A stretch of 64,000 nucleotides of DNA from Neoechinorhynchus agilis (lineage: Eukaryota; Animalia; Acanthocephala), in the NCBI GenBank assembly GCA_051530055.1, contig CM121342.1, forward strand, positions 10,431,480-10,495,479, in the 5' to 3' direction. Positions within the stretch are counted from its first letter, which is position 1. Each line of letters begins with the position of its first letter. Positions 1-13,200 of this stretch are shown one piece after another. Position numbers and translations under genes: made by a program. The notes below the pieces were generated by a model. It ran no database searches. It saw only the letters and a list, made by a program, of their open reading frames with translations, and had not been told where the DNA came from.

Positions 1-1720
1 CCGAGAAGGATTCCTTATGCTCTTCAACAACCAGCCAAGAGCGAAATCGATCGACTAGTCAGTGCGGGTATCCACGTTCCCGTAGATTGCAGTAAAGAGT
101 ATGTAGATTGGTTAACACCGTTAGTAGTCGTCAGGAAACCTTCTGGAAAAATTCGCTTATGTGGAGATTTCCGCGTTAGAATTAACAAGTATTTAAAAGA
201 CGGAACTCATAGAATGCCGACCTTCGAGGATGTCGCACATCAGATCGCTGGTAGCAGATATTACTCTGTTATTGATCTAAAAGAAGCTTATCTGCAACCG
301 CCAATGGATGACGAAAGTAGCAAACTATTGTCTATGAGTACGCCATGGGGCACATATCGATTCACTAGGTTACCATCTGGAATATCCGCGGCGCCTGCCA
401 TCTTTCAGAATTATGTCGATAATGATTATTGAAATCAACAGAACAGAATTATTCGTCCATTGAACAAGAAGCATTAGCAGTACTATATGGGGTGAAATAT
501 TTCGTTTTCAGTTACAAACTGATCACAAGCCATTGGAGTTTATTTTTGGACGAAAGAAGGAGTTGCCGAAATTGACAAAGGGTACTCTTCTTTGGACAAT
601 ACGAATACGAAATCCATCATATTCCAGGAACCGATAATACAGTAGCTGATATGCTTTCTAGGATGCCTGATCAGACGGCGAACGATATGATCAGTGCTGT
701 TGAAATCAAATTGATAAAAGCTATTCAAACGGAAAAAACTGAGAGATTCGATCTGAGCACAGAAAGTCTACGAAAAGCTATGATGGTGGATAAGCAACTA
801 TCGAAAGTGAAACATTATGTGAACGAAAGATGGCCAAAACAATGCACAGAAGTACCGTGAGTTATTTACAACAAACGAGAGGAACTTAACCTGGAAGATG
901 GCATACTAATGTATAATCAAAAAATGTTAGTCCCAGAGTTACTCCAAAGCCATTTCTTGGAAATGATGCATCAATGACACCCTGGTGAAAACGCCATGAA
1001 AGCCTTATCTCGTTATTATTGTTGGTAGCCTCAGTTCGATCGAGATATTCTCCGGAAAGTAGAGACGTGTGAAAATTGTCAACGATTACGCCCTGAAGCA
1101 CGTGAAGCACCAGTGATTAATTGGGATATACCACAAGGTCCTTGCAAGCGAGTGCACGTTGACAAAGCAGGACCAATCGAAGGAAAATGGCACTTGGTGG
1201 TAGTAGATGCATACACGAAATGGCCCGAAGTATGGTGTGGCACCAATTTCACAACAGAAAGCGTTGTCAATCGATTACGCGAAATGTTTGTGAGGTTTGG
1301 TGTCCCAGAAACGATTGTTTCCGATAACGGTCCCCAATTTTCGAGTCACGAATTTAGTGCATTCGGCGAATCGAACGGAATCGAAGCAGTACGATCAACG
1401 CCATATCATTCGAAAACTAATGGGCTGGCGGAGAGGTTTATAAAGACGCTTAAATTAAGAGCACTGTTGACCAAGACTAATGACCGGAATAAGGATATTC
1501 TGAAGTTTCTCCTAGCATATCGGAATACACCTTATAACACCAATGGACAAAACGCCATCGGAGCTGATGTTCGGCAGGAGAGCAGCGACATGTCTAGACA
1601 ATACACGACCTACAATGGAAAAGACGATTAAGCGAAAATTACGGGCGGAATGAATGGAAAGAAGGCATTGTTCTAGCCCAAACAGTACCAAGCTCGTACC
1701 AAATATAGATGGGCGATCCC
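1..1720 (+). mobile_element. Degraded Ty3/Gypsy pol remnant (RT, partial RNase H, integrase)
   Basis: ORF 214-432 has RT motifs (YYSVIDLKEAYLQ, TPWGTYRFTRLPSGISAAPAIFQ). ORF 1113-1631 has the rve integrase core (VHVDKAGP, PETIVSDNGPQF, PYHSKTNGLAERF). Many stops and frameshifts. Confidence 0.9.
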
Positions 1721-1734
1721 GCGCACTGCAGCTT

Positions 1735-1816
1735 AAAACTTGGGTGGGAATACCTCGCGAAATATCTCCAATAAATCAAATATGCTATTACCGGGATTAT
1801 TTTCACCAAAATTACA
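1735..1816. repeat. Degenerate copy of a short palindromic MITE-like family
   Basis: The core tacctcgcgaaatatctccaataaatcaaatatgctatta recurs at ~6484-6525. The right end ccgggattattttcacc resembles the arm of the hairpin at 51411-51494. Confidence 0.5.
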
Positions 1817-2810
1817 CAAAAAGTGTGTCGCACAAGATTTCTCGTATTGCGCAATTGGCACGGAAGAATGGCTTAAATACTAATACGTCATGAAAATGCG
1901 AAAATTCCTTCAATTTTTTTTATTTTGCAAAACGGACATAAAAACAAAACCTTATTGAAAATATCGATTATTGGTATGGGGAAAAAGTCGAAATTAGTGA
2001 TCATGTTAGAAATAATTTTTTGTCATCATCGATTTGAGATAAATCCACAAAGCTTTTACTTTCATTCAGCAGAGATGTTAGCAATTTTAGAAAGCATTTA
2101 AACTAAAATGAGCAATATTATCTAAATGGCTAATAGTTAACTCATTGCTTCAAATTATCGTACTGTCGGACTACATTTAGCCTCAGAACATTTTTAATCA
2201 TGCACACTAAAATGTTTGTGTGTGTCGTATGAAACACGGAATAAAAAGACGTTCATCATCGGCCGATTTATTGGAATGCCCTCAGTAATCCTTTGGTCAT
2301 CACAATCAGACGAGTAAACGGTACTAAACATCACAGGGCTTACGCAGTAGTCCAAATAAATGAGAAAGGAACAACGTGTGGTAAAGTGCAACGGCACGAA
2401 AGAATTTTGAAAATAAAGCATTACGACGTCACTGGCAAAGACAACGCTTCGTTACGACACTGCAAAAAAATTGACATACTTTTCACTCTTTACATCCAGT
2501 CTATGATTCCTTCGAGATAATAAAGTTTGAATTGTGGTGATCATAACCAATCTCAACCTCAGTCCCAATATTCATGATTATGTTTAAACTACGTCATAGC
2601 TGCCACGTCACAACATTTTCGACCACTAATGCCAAAATGCGTACGGTCGAAAGAAGAGTCTTCTTATAATGCGTCGAGAGTAGCACAGAACTAAGAGTAC
2701 ATATATTCGGGTTATATAATAGGCTTTGACACGAAAGAATCTTCAAAATATGTTATCATCTCGACACTTTATCGTTAAAGAATAATGTAAATTTTGATTG
2801 ATTCCATCTG

Positions 2811-2941
2811 TGTAACGAAAATCGACAAGGGCGTCGTGCGCCATTGTAGAAAAATAAGTTATTCACATACATATAATGCGCGCCCGCGTTTTGTTTGTCG
2901 AATAAAACCTTTCTAAAGGTCACTGATACACGATTACAACA
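2811..2941 (+). mobile_element. Putative solo LTR (131 bp)
   Basis: TGTAAC...ACAACA termini, internal AATAAA at 2901, flanks atctg/atcag (4 of 5 match, possible TSD). Size is similar to the other LTRs in this window. Confidence 0.35.
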
Positions 2942-3059
2942 ATCAGTCTTTAAATAATTCGAATGTTACAAATTACACAACGTGAGTGTTCGTTTGATTC
3001 GGTTTTGCGAATTACCGACGTTCGTCGCATGCATTTATAAGATTTTCATCAAACAATCA

Positions 3060-4816
3060 TAACGTCTCTAACTCCGCAAAGGACGGTCTCAAGGATGGCT
3101 GAAAAAGGAGGAGGGTTGGCGTCAGGAATGGCATCCGGCTGTAAAATGCTTGCCAAATTTGGTCCCAAATGACAACCATGAACCGAATCAACCAAATGTC
3201 TAAGGCGTCTGCGCAATTTCTTCGCCCGGAGTTTGTGTTAAATCATCAAGGGCTATCGAAGCATGAACGGTCTCGGCTAAAGAAATTGGTCTGCACAACT
3301 GACCTAAGAATAGCAACGTTAAATGTGGGATCGATGACGGGAAAGGGTCGAGAAATAGTTGATATGATGAGAAGGATCGGCATACTGGGAGTGCAGGAGA
3401 CCAGGTGGAAAGGAGCGAAAGCCCATGAACTAGGCGATGGTTATAAAATAATCTACAGTTGCGAGCCAAGTGGCAGGAATGGGGTGGGAGTCATCTTGGA
3501 TAAATTACTAGTTGATTGCGTTTCGGAAGTGATCAGAACAAATGGTAGGATCATATCGGTGCGATTCGATTTAGGGGGAGAGGATATCACCATAATATCG
3601 GCTTATGCTCCGCAAATCGCATGTACAGAGGAAGAGAAACAGCAATTTTGGCAAAGCTTATCGAATACTGTTGCGAACTTGAAGAGCATTCGTTGTGCGA
3701 TTACAGGAGAGTTCAATGGACATGTGGAAGATAGAGACGGTTACGAACGAGTGCATGGGCCGAAGGTGAAAAGCTTCTTGACTTGGTCGTTTCAAGAGAA
3801 CTGCGACTAGCAAACACGTTTTTCCAAAAAGAGGATTCGAGCGGTGGAAAATCTAGTCATATTGATTTCATCTTTTACCCGATATTACTATGGAGCGAAA
3901 TAAAGAACGTCGAAACGATTCTCGGAAAATTGTGTACGACAACACCGAGTAGTAGCAGCAGACTTGACGATCAGAACAAAAAGGAAACGATATGCCCGAA
4001 AAGTGAATCCTCGAATCAGGTGGTGGTTGCTAAAGGATACTGAGCCTTGAAAACGAGTTGGTGAATCGCTAATAAGTAAGCTGGAAATGGAAGTTGACGA
4101 CTCAGATGTATGGTGGAAAAAATCATCAAAACTAATTCTGGAGGAAGGAATAGACATTCTTGGGTAGACATCAGGCAGGCCGCCTCTGTCAGGTAAAGAG
4201 AGGTGGTGGTGGAACCCAAGGGTAAAAGAAGCGATATGGCGAAAGCAAGATGCTAAGAAGATATGGGACGAAACGCGAGCAGTTGCATCTCATAAGGATT
4301 TCAAGCAGGAAAAGACAAATGCGAAAAGGGAATGGCCGACGGCAAAGAGAGACGGATAGAGAGATCTATGAGGCACTAGAAAAAGGCAATGGTAGTGGAA
4401 AGATCTTCAAGATCGCACAAATTCACAACAAAAAGTCAAACAATATTTCCAGTATCAAAAAGATCAAGGATTCGTCGGGAAGTACGCTGTCAAACGAAAA
4501 CGAGGTTCTTCTAAGAAAGCGAGAGTATTTCGATAAAATCCTGAATACAGAGAATGCGCGACAACCCAGCGAGGAGGCACCACCATGCGCGAATGCAATG
4601 CGACCGTTCTCCAACAGCAAAGTTGCGAGACTGCTTGGACGCATGAAATTGGGGGAAAGTGTTTGACCGTATGGTATCCCGATCGAAATATGGAAAGCGT
4701 TGGGCCGTTTTGATATTCAAGTGTTGACGAATCTGTATCGAAGAATATCACAAATCAGAAAAATGCCCGAAGCATGGCGAAGTGCAGTTTTTCCGACCTA
4801 CAAACAAGAAGGAGAT
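3060..4816 (+). mobile_element. RTE-clade non-LTR retrotransposon, 5' part (APE endonuclease and pre-RT region), degraded
   Basis: LRIATLNVGSMTGKGREIVDMM...LGVQETRWKG...RNGVGVIL...ISAYAPQ is an RTE-type APE domain. Frameshifted, and breaks off at PTYKQEGD. Confidence 0.85.
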
Positions 4817-5830
4817 CAGGTTACGCGAGATCAACCACGTGACTACCTGCCCTTCCTGAACATAAAGCTAAAAGCAGACAATCCTGCCGAACACAACTGG
4901 TTCAGGAAACCGTACAAGAAGGATATTGTCCTGCATCGACGATCGCACCACCCATGGGCTGTGAAACAAGCAATCTTCGGAGAAATGCTTAGAACGGCAC
5001 AAATGTGTTCGTCGACGGCTCTCGTAGGGAAGGAAGCGGAGGAACGGGTCTGTGAATTGTTCGAAAAGAATGGCTATTCGAAGCTGGATCTTAAGAGGAT
5101 GATGCAAAGAATGGAACGACCAGTTGGAAGTCGAAACCGGAAAAACGATCTTCCTCTTCTTCGAATCCCGTACGTGTCCGAACATTTTACTTGGAACGTC
5201 AAGAAGGCCATACGTGACTGCGGCATTGAAGCACGAGTAGTGCACAGGACAAATCCGTCGCTAAAGCGGATGCTAATGCGGACAATGCATCACGAAGATA
5301 CGAAGATTTGCCCAAAGGCCTGTCTGATGTGCAAGCACTACCCGAAGAATGCTGGGGCAAAAAGCGATTGCTTCTCAAGCAACGTCGTCTACGAGATCAC
5401 CTGCAGGAACTGTAAGGACGAAGGACGTTCCTGCAATTATGTCGGGAAAACAGAGCGAACACTGCGTGAACGCATCACTGAGCACGTGCGTAATGCATGC
5501 AATCCGACCAGTCCAGCGTACGCATCAATGCCCTGGGGCACCCACTTCGCTACCCGCCACGAGGGAGCCAGCCCGGTTTTTGACGTTGGGGTTCTTTATC
5601 GGGCATCAGATCCCATTAAACTCTCTATCTCGGAAGCCCTGCTGATCAACCGTAATTGGGTAGTGCGATCGGGTGCAAGTTGGGATCTCGGCTGCGAACT
5701 GGAAAACCTGAACCGCCGGGACGAATTGACAGGGAGCATGGACCTCTTGTGAACTCCCTTTGTGTGTTTTAGACTATCAAGGAACCTGAAGAAGGCGTGA
5801 GGCGCCGAAATATCGGATTCAATAAAAGAT
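4817..5830 (+). mobile_element. Penelope-like element, 3' part (RT thumb plus GIY-YIG endonuclease)
   Basis: LPFLNI, WFRKP, HRRSHHP, LRIPYVSE, then GIY-YIG NVVYEITCRNC...YVGKTERTLRERITEH. Stop at 5752, followed by a 3' terminal region with AATAAA at 5821. Confidence 0.85.
5781..5820 (+). ncRNA. Minimal type I hammerhead ribozyme-like motif in the Penelope terminal repeat
   Basis: CTGAAGA core at 5786, stem II GGCG/CGCC, GAAA, palindromic ATAT stem III and AUC triplet. Stem I pairing is weak. Confidence 0.5.
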
Positions 5831-5886
5831 TGTGTGTGTCCCTCAACCACCCCCACAACCAAAACAACACCAAACAACACCCCACA

Positions 5887-6160
5887 CTGATGCTTTCGGC
5901 GACACCTCGCTGCAAGGTCAGAGGAAGGTTTTCACGCCATTCTGAAATCAATAACGTAATTTCTCGGGCGTTGAGAACGGCGAACCCCAACATCCTGGAA
6001 CCCGCCCACCTCTGCAGACTAGACGGCCGTAGGCCGATGGAATTTCGGTCTTCCCGTGGCGGGAGGGCAAATGCCCCTGGGACGCCACTGTAACCCTCGC
6101 AGCCAGCAACATCCCCTACTCCCTCGAAATCGCGGTGGTGCCGCCAGTGCAGCGGAAGGG
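5887..6160 (+). mobile_element. CRE-like non-LTR retrotransposon fragment (RLE endonuclease region)
   Basis: [17 protein letters not shown]...[17 protein letters not shown], frameshifted. Homologous to the fragments at 31680, 55860 and 60060. Confidence 0.75.
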
Positions 6161-6288
6161 AGAAACAAAAACACCACACCAAACACCCCACCCCCAACCC
6201 AAAAAAAACAACCAACCAACACACCACAAAAACCCCAACAACCAACCCACACACCAAAACAAAACAAGTCTAAAAAATAAAAAAAACC
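6161..6288. repeat. A/C-rich low-complexity tract (a second one lies at ~5843-5886)
   Basis: About 105 consecutive bases made only of A and C, with no fixed period, then an A-rich tail. Confidence 0.8.
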
Positions 6289-6290
6289 AT

Positions 6291-6435
6291 GAACAATGTA
6301 GTAATTAAAAGGGGCATAAAGCTTATGAGTCACACAATGAAACTACATGAAAGGCTTCTTAACAGTAGACTGAGAAGAGATCCTCATCGAAGAACATCAG
6401 AGAGGTTTTATGCCAGGACGGAGCACAACAGAAGA
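6291..6435 (+). mobile_element. Continuation of the interrupted RTE element (start of RT)
   Basis: EQCSN.RGIKLMSHTMKLHERLLNSRLR...HQRGFMPGRSTTE is the segment that follows K.GD in RTE RTs. Confidence 0.8.
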
Positions 6436-6449
6436 GCACTCGAGCTTAA

Positions 6450-6548
6450 AACTTGAGTGGGAAGATGACTGATAAGGCGAGGTTACCTCGCGAAATATCT
6501 CCAATAAATCAAATATGCTATTACAGGGAGTATTTTCACCAAATTTAT
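6450..6548. repeat. Second degenerate copy of the short MITE-like family
   Basis: Matches 1722-1816 (gcttaaaacttg.gtgggaa ... tacctcgcgaaatatctcc ... tattttcaccaaa) with a 20-nt insertion. Confidence 0.5.
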
Positions 6549-6714
6549 ACTTTGACTAACTCGAAGAATTTTCTATCGATGACTTTTCTCTGTGTTCGTG
6601 CGTTTCCACGCGGGAATTTGTTTGAAAACTTTATGACGTAAAACACGAGACGGGGAATTCCGTGGGCATTTTTTGCGACATTATTTTCGAACTCTATAGC
6701 AAACTTTTTTGGAT

Positions 6715-7060
6715 AAATGTCCGGGCGGTTTGGAATATCGGGTCGAGTTGGAGGGTCCGCTCTGGTGAGAATCGGTGGTCACTGTTAGCGGGAGAGCATG
6801 TGAGGTTGGTCTTTCCTCAGGTTCTTTTCAAGTTATGATATCCGAGAAGATTGGGCAGTATGGAAAAAGGAGCGTAGGTATAGGAGGATGAAACGAATTA
6901 GGATTACGAGTGTTGTGGTCATGTGAAAAGGGGGCGACATTTGTTAAAAATTGTGGTTGTAGGGTTGAGAGGCGTTTTGATTGTTTGTTGAAAATTTTGT
7001 AAAAGCATTTGGTGGACGGGCGAAAATCAACTGTGCAAATTTTAGAGACTCTTCTATGAA
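6715..7060 (-). mobile_element. CR1/L2-group LINE 3' fragment
   Basis: Clearly homologous to 60795-61130 and 51590-51690 (gatatccgagaagattgggcag, gaaacgaattaggattacgag). Encodes a HDHNTRNPNSF-type C-terminal motif on the minus strand. Confidence 0.65.
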
Positions 7061-8130
7061 ATGTTTCTTAAAATTCGGAAATATTGCACACACCTGATTG
7101 TCGAACATCGACACCTACTCATCCGCCTCCATATTTCCTTCCCCTGCAAAATCTGGCCACCCTTCTGCCCTTTAGATCCACCACACCTCAGCGTCAAAAA
7201 TTACTTCGCCCTCCCGTCTGGAAAAAACGGGATCATAACATCTACAATTTTATAAAATTGTTCAATCCGAAGATTCGCACCTTCCACTCTGACAACACAA
7301 ATGACCCTTCATTGGCTATGTCCTTCATAAAATATTCTCCAACTTAAAAATACTCAAGAAACTCATTCGAATATCCATCAAACATATGCGACTCATCGTA
7401 ATAAATCTCTGGATTTCCTCCGGTTAAGAAAATTACTATCTCACAAGATACTTTCGGCCCGCAAAAATCCTTAGTTCTAATATTCGTTAAAGTAGCAAAT
7501 CAACATGGTGGCCGGCCATCAAAGACTGTCCACGCTACCCTGATCACTTCTCAAGCTTGTAATCTTCCAAACTGAAACATGTTCCATATTCAATCAATGA
7601 AAACTTCTGCTCTGATTCAAATTACAGCCATGCCTCCTTCTTAGACTTAACACAAACTATCACTCCGACAATTGACACTTCTGTCAATTCTCCAATGCTC
7701 AACTTAGTTTCGTCATACGAAGTTCTACAACATCTCAAGAAATTACCCCGAAATTTCTCCTCTCAACTCAAAATCCCAAAGTGGGCTCTTCGCTGCATCA
7801 TCTCCAAATTCATAGACCCTCCTACCCTCATTATAAATTGCAGCTTTTTATATAGCATCTACCCTCATGCCTGAAAACTTCTAAAGCGATTCTTCGTCCG
7901 AAAAGTAAACATCCGGTTTCCATCGAATCATTCCGTCCAATATCAATTCCGCCCTCGGCCCAAATTTTCAAAAGCGAATGCCCTACTTTGCATTTACGAC
8001 ATTCGACTGGATTTGTCGAAATCATTCGACTCTGTGGGCCATTCAAGTCGGCCTCTTATTTTAAGAATCGCCAACGATACATTCACTGTCGTGCTAACTC
8101 CTCGGTCACCCTATCCCTCACTGACAAAAT
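7061..8130 (+). mobile_element. CR1/L2-group LINE internal fragment (end of APE to start of RT), degraded
   Basis: STPTHPP motif is shared with 33568-33750 and 53022-53303. Also IPKWALRCIISKF and SFRPISI RT-proximal motifs. Confidence 0.65.
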
Positions 8131-8329
8131 CAACAAATAATAAAGACATTCGGTCGAGCAAACCGATATCGTCAGCTGGGTAAGATAGAACTTGATGGAC
8201 TCTTTATGCAACACAATTGATATGCGTTTGTCCCACTTTAGATTTTTCTGAAAATGAAGACCAAGTATACGAACAGAGGAGACACGATTGATAGGAAAAG
8301 GAAAAAGTGGTTGATCGGAAGGCTATTTG

Positions 8330-10050
8330 AGATTGAGGGGACGATTTCAAAACACTTGGTTAAGTTAAGGGTAAGACATTTAGAGGAGCAAAATGCTTGA
8401 ACGTGATAAATCTCGTTAGAAGTAATTGAGAGTTAGAAGAAGGCGTATGTATGCGTAATGATTGTAAGATCATCAGTATACAAAAAGTATTTAGAATAAG
8501 AAGAGGATGGAATAAGATCGCCAAGGAAAATGTTGAAAAAAAAGGGGGGAGAGGACAGCCCCTTGGGGAACTTCCTTCTTGATCGCTAAGGTGTTCCAGG
8601 CGATGCTCCCTATTTCTACAATTTGTAATCTATTATTTAGAAAGGAATTCAACCATTTGATTTGCCAGGCGGCAAGACCAAATTTAGAACATGTATCAAG
8701 GAGAGGACTGTGATAGACTATGAATGTCGATCTGGATGAGTCGCGAGATAAATAAAGGTTGTGCGTCGAGATTATGGAGAAGAGAATCGTAGATGCAACG
8801 AAGGGCATCCGTACAAGAAAAGATGGGCCAGAAACCGAATTGAATAGATGAAATTTTTCGATTGAAGATTGGCAGAAGGTGTACTTTAAAGCATATCTCT
8901 AAGACTTTAGAGAAGGAAGATAAGATAAAGATGGGTCGAAAACTTGAGGTGGATATAAGTTTGCCTGCTTTCGGGAGCAGGGTTAACCGAGCTGCTTTAA
9001 GGCAATTAGGGAAGATTCCGGTCTTGAAACTTTGTTTGATGGATCAATTAAATCTCGGATGATGAAGCGTAGAGCCCAGTTGAGAATGGGAGAGTTAGGA
9101 GATGATTCGCGTGGTAGTCTCCGAAGGAACCTAGAGATATCATAACTAGAAATCGTGGGATGTGATGCAGTAGAATCTGAGCACGGTTTCATAATTCTGG
9201 AAGGAAATTTTTATTAGTCTGTAATAGAGTTAAAATTACAAAGTTGTGCATTGATATAGTTTAGTGTATCACGGAGATCCGAGTTTGATAGGTTAGAGAA
9301 AGGTTTTTGTCATTCTTGGCATAGGACCCTTTTCGTGTTGTTCCACAAGATGTTAGTGGAGAAGGTGAGTTTATGCCCAAGAAATGTCTTGTGCGGGTTG
9401 AGAATGTGATGTGCAAGGGAGGATTGAAGGTGGTTGTGTGGTATGCTTTAGTTGCCTTTATTTGGGCATTTTCAAGAAAGGGGGCATCCAAAGTGGGTCT
9501 CGGTTGGAAAGGCGAATGGTTTTCTTAGAAATATCTGTAGTCATACAAAAAGATAGTATATTAGTGGGGGAAACATAGCCTCCGAGGAGTTCGGGTGAAA
9601 AATAGATTTTCTATGTTAAGAGAGATTACGCGAGATCAATTTCTTAAATGCGAAAGTGTGTTGATATCTCTTATCCCAGACCGTAAGGGGCGATGACCGG
9701 ACCTTTTTTGAGCACGTTAGGCAACTTGATTAATGTTGAAACGGGACAGTCTTCTTAAGAGCATGCGATGAAGGTCTGGTTTACTCCTGTCTTTTCTTGT
9801 TATTGTCGAGAGGAGAAATAGGCTGAGCGTTGACGAATAGTGCTGATGGTTACGAATAATGTGTTTGCAAATTTCTACGGCGTCACTGCGATTTTCTTCG
9901 GTAAAAACAATTGCGTGTTACCGAAGACTTACATTTTATCTCAAAATAGCTACCCAAATCGTTCTAACTTAATAGTGTTTCAAATGTACAAGAAGTCTGC
10001 AAGTAAAAATATAGAAAGGGCCAAAACAATGATCTGTAATCAACTTCTTT
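8330..10050 (-). mobile_element. CR1/L2-group LINE remnant with RT
   Basis: WQIKWLNSFLNNRLQIV...VPQGAVLSPLFF at 8491-8808. Heavily degraded; boundaries approximate. Confidence 0.7.
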
Positions 10051-10285
10051 GGTTTTCAAGTCGGCTTAAAGTATGTTGATTGATTTAAAAAATTGCCAAG
10101 CTTTAAGCAAGCTTCCAAATTTCGGTCTAAAAGATGAACCACAAACGAATCATCGTGGAAAGTGCAGTAAAGGCAAGTATATTTGGAAGCACTGTTATGT
10201 GATGAAAATTATAGGTTAGCCGTCGACACAAGCAACGAGCCGATATCGGATTTGTATAATTGATGTCCGTTATTGAATTGAACCA

Positions 10286-13200
10286 CTAACGATTAACGCA
10301 GTTTCCAGCGACTATAACCTTTGGTCCATAGCAGGTACATCGTTTTCGCCTACATCTCATACCAAATCGCTCGCAGTCAAGGTTAACAATACATTTTCTG
10401 CTGCTAACAACGAATCGTGGAATGCAATGTCCTTGGTAGAGTTTAAATTCGCGCCTACATTTGCATTGATGCCTAATGCACTTTTTATGGGCGCCGTCAG
10501 CATGTTTAATACAATCGAGGTCGCGATAGCATTCGGCGCTGGGTCCTGTTCCACCAGATCCAGGAATGCAAACTCCACGATAAAATACGTCACCAGGTTT
10601 GCACACACATTTCCCTTGTTTGCAGATAAAGTTATTCTTGGAATCACAATCTCTGTTACGAAGACATTCCGGGGCAGATATACGGTTTTGACATTTTAGG
10701 TTTTCCGGCAGCTCTCTATTGGCACACTGACAACGACCAGCAATGCATTTGAATCCAAACGAAACTTTACATTGGCTATCGGAATTGCACAACTTTAAGT
10801 ATCCACCATCTATTTGTAACGAGATAATGCAACGATTAAAATGGAGAACTTGGCCTTCCAAGCATGGCTTCGATTTTGTCTCAACGCAGAACTTCTTTGC
10901 GAGACATTGATACTTTAACCAAAACAATATCCTGTCAAGGTTAATACAGGCACCGTTCCAAAACATTCCATTCGGACCACAAGTACATATTCCTCCAGAG
11001 CATTTCAAATTCAAATATTTATTACAATCTTCGTTTGTTCTGCAGCCCTCAAAGAAGCCACCAACCTGCAACTGTTTCTGGCATAGACCGTTCAAAAATT
11101 TCGAATTTCGATCGCATTGACACAGCCCCCAAAAGCATAAAAGTCCGAGTTTACGATCACAATCAGCATGAGAAACGCAGGCATGGAAGTATCGACTACC
11201 GATTACGCCAGTGGCAAGCTCACAATGGTTGCTCTTCTCAATGTATCCAACAGCGCAGCTGCAATGATTGTGCATGCATAAAAGATTATTGTTAATGTTG
11301 CAATCGACGTTCCTCTGGCAAGGACTTCCCAATGAACCTGTAGATTTATATGATGGTGCAACACAAAAAAAGCCAAAAGTGCCCATAAGAAAGTTATCCT
11401 GGCAAATACAGCGACCGCATTGCAGATCGCAAACCATGCCATTGTCATTACTGCATATATATGAGGCCCTGCAATCGTAGTCTTAAAATTGAAACCAAAA
11501 TAAAAGAAATATAGAATGCAAAACTGTAAAACCTCTTCGGACACATTCTAAATGTCTCCAATATGTCGCCTCCGGACATCTGCATTTCCCATCAACACAT
11601 TTCAAAAACGACCGTTTCTCGCATTGAGCATTACTTCTACACGGCTCAAGGAACGATCCATTACCATCACTTCCTGGATTATAGTGAGTATAGAAAAAGT
11701 GAAGAGAAAAATAACAAACCAGAGTGTTCAAAACATCTAACCATATTCGATTTCTACGACATCTGCATTTCCCATTTCGGCAAACTAGCCCTTGTATCCA
11801 CTTGCATTGCGAATTGCTATTACACGGCAATAGTAATCCTTCCACAGACTCTTCCTCTAAAAATATGTTGCATTAATAGCTCTATCGAACAATTTATGCC
11901 CGTCACAAGAGAACTGCATCTTCAAGCTTAAATTTCTCACCTCCGATGGAAACGCATTGACCGGATTTCCAAACATCATCGTCCCGGCAAAGACAGTGAC
12001 CTCGAATACAGAACAATCCGATACTTTTGTTACACTCGGAGGACGACGAACATGGCTTCAAGAGACCGCCACTTGATGAATCGTCTTAAATACAATGGGA
12101 GGCATTTATAAATGTACGATTTACTGATTTTAGTTACCATCTATGGTACAATAGAATCCATTCCATTTGCTATGCTTCGCGCATTTGCAGCGTCCAAGTA
12201 TGCAAGTTAGACCAACCATTTGGTTGCAATGTTCTGGTACATTGCACCCCTTGTTTATCGATCCTTCCTCAAGAGAACCTTTGATTTTCGTTTTGAACAG
12301 TCGGAAACGAAAAATTTCACATTCACCTTCTAACGAGTTACATCTGGAATCCTTCCAATATTTATCCTCGGGGCAAACACAAAATCCGTTTTGGCAGGTC
12401 AGTCCGCTGGCTGTATCGCATTGAATATCGATATTACATGGCTTTAAAGCACCACCGCTGCCTTTAAGAACAGTCATTACTATGGACTTTATGACCAATT
12501 TTAATGTACGAACCGTCGTATGGTACACAGCGATATATACTCCAGTAACTCTTGGGCTTACAGACACATTTTCGACCTCGGCAAACAAGACCGGCAAGTT
12601 TGTTGCATTGTTTGTTTGTTCGACACGGTTCGCGCACACCCCCTGATCCTTCTTCTAGGAGTGAAGTTTTAATTTGATTTAGGTAGCAGAAAGAAGTAAT
12701 CGATATTATCTTTCAATAATACTCTTAGATCGCATAAATACATTAAAATCAATGCCGTATTACATATGACCGATTAAAAACAATCAATCACATCGTACCT
12801 TCATTTTCAATACATTTATGATCTCGCCATTGATATAACCGTGGACACCTGCACTTTCCGTCAACGCATCGCAATCCGGATTTTGTTCGGCACTGCGATG
12901 TATCCGTACAAGGAGTAAGGAGTGTTCCTCCAGCATTATCCTCGTTATCTATGTAAAATTGACTTATTATACGGACCGTGTTTAGTCGCTTCACGGTGAT
13001 ACCTTTAACTTTGATACACCTTCCGCTGAACCATATTCGATTTCTACGACATCTGCATTTCCCATTTCGGCAAACGAGCCCTTGTATCCACCTGCATTGC
13101 GAATTGTTGTTACACGGCAATAGTAATCCTCCCATGGACTCTTCCTCTAAAAATATGTTGCATTAATAGATCTATCGAAGAATTTATGCCCGTCACAAGA

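Noticed and set aside
2164-2304. Second solo LTR (TG...CA with AATAAA)
   Set aside because: No TSD, PPT or second copy.
3085-3160. HDV-like ribozyme in the RTE 5' UTR
   Set aside because: A conserved-looking RTE leader motif and one short stem are present, but I could not build the nested double pseudoknot by eye.
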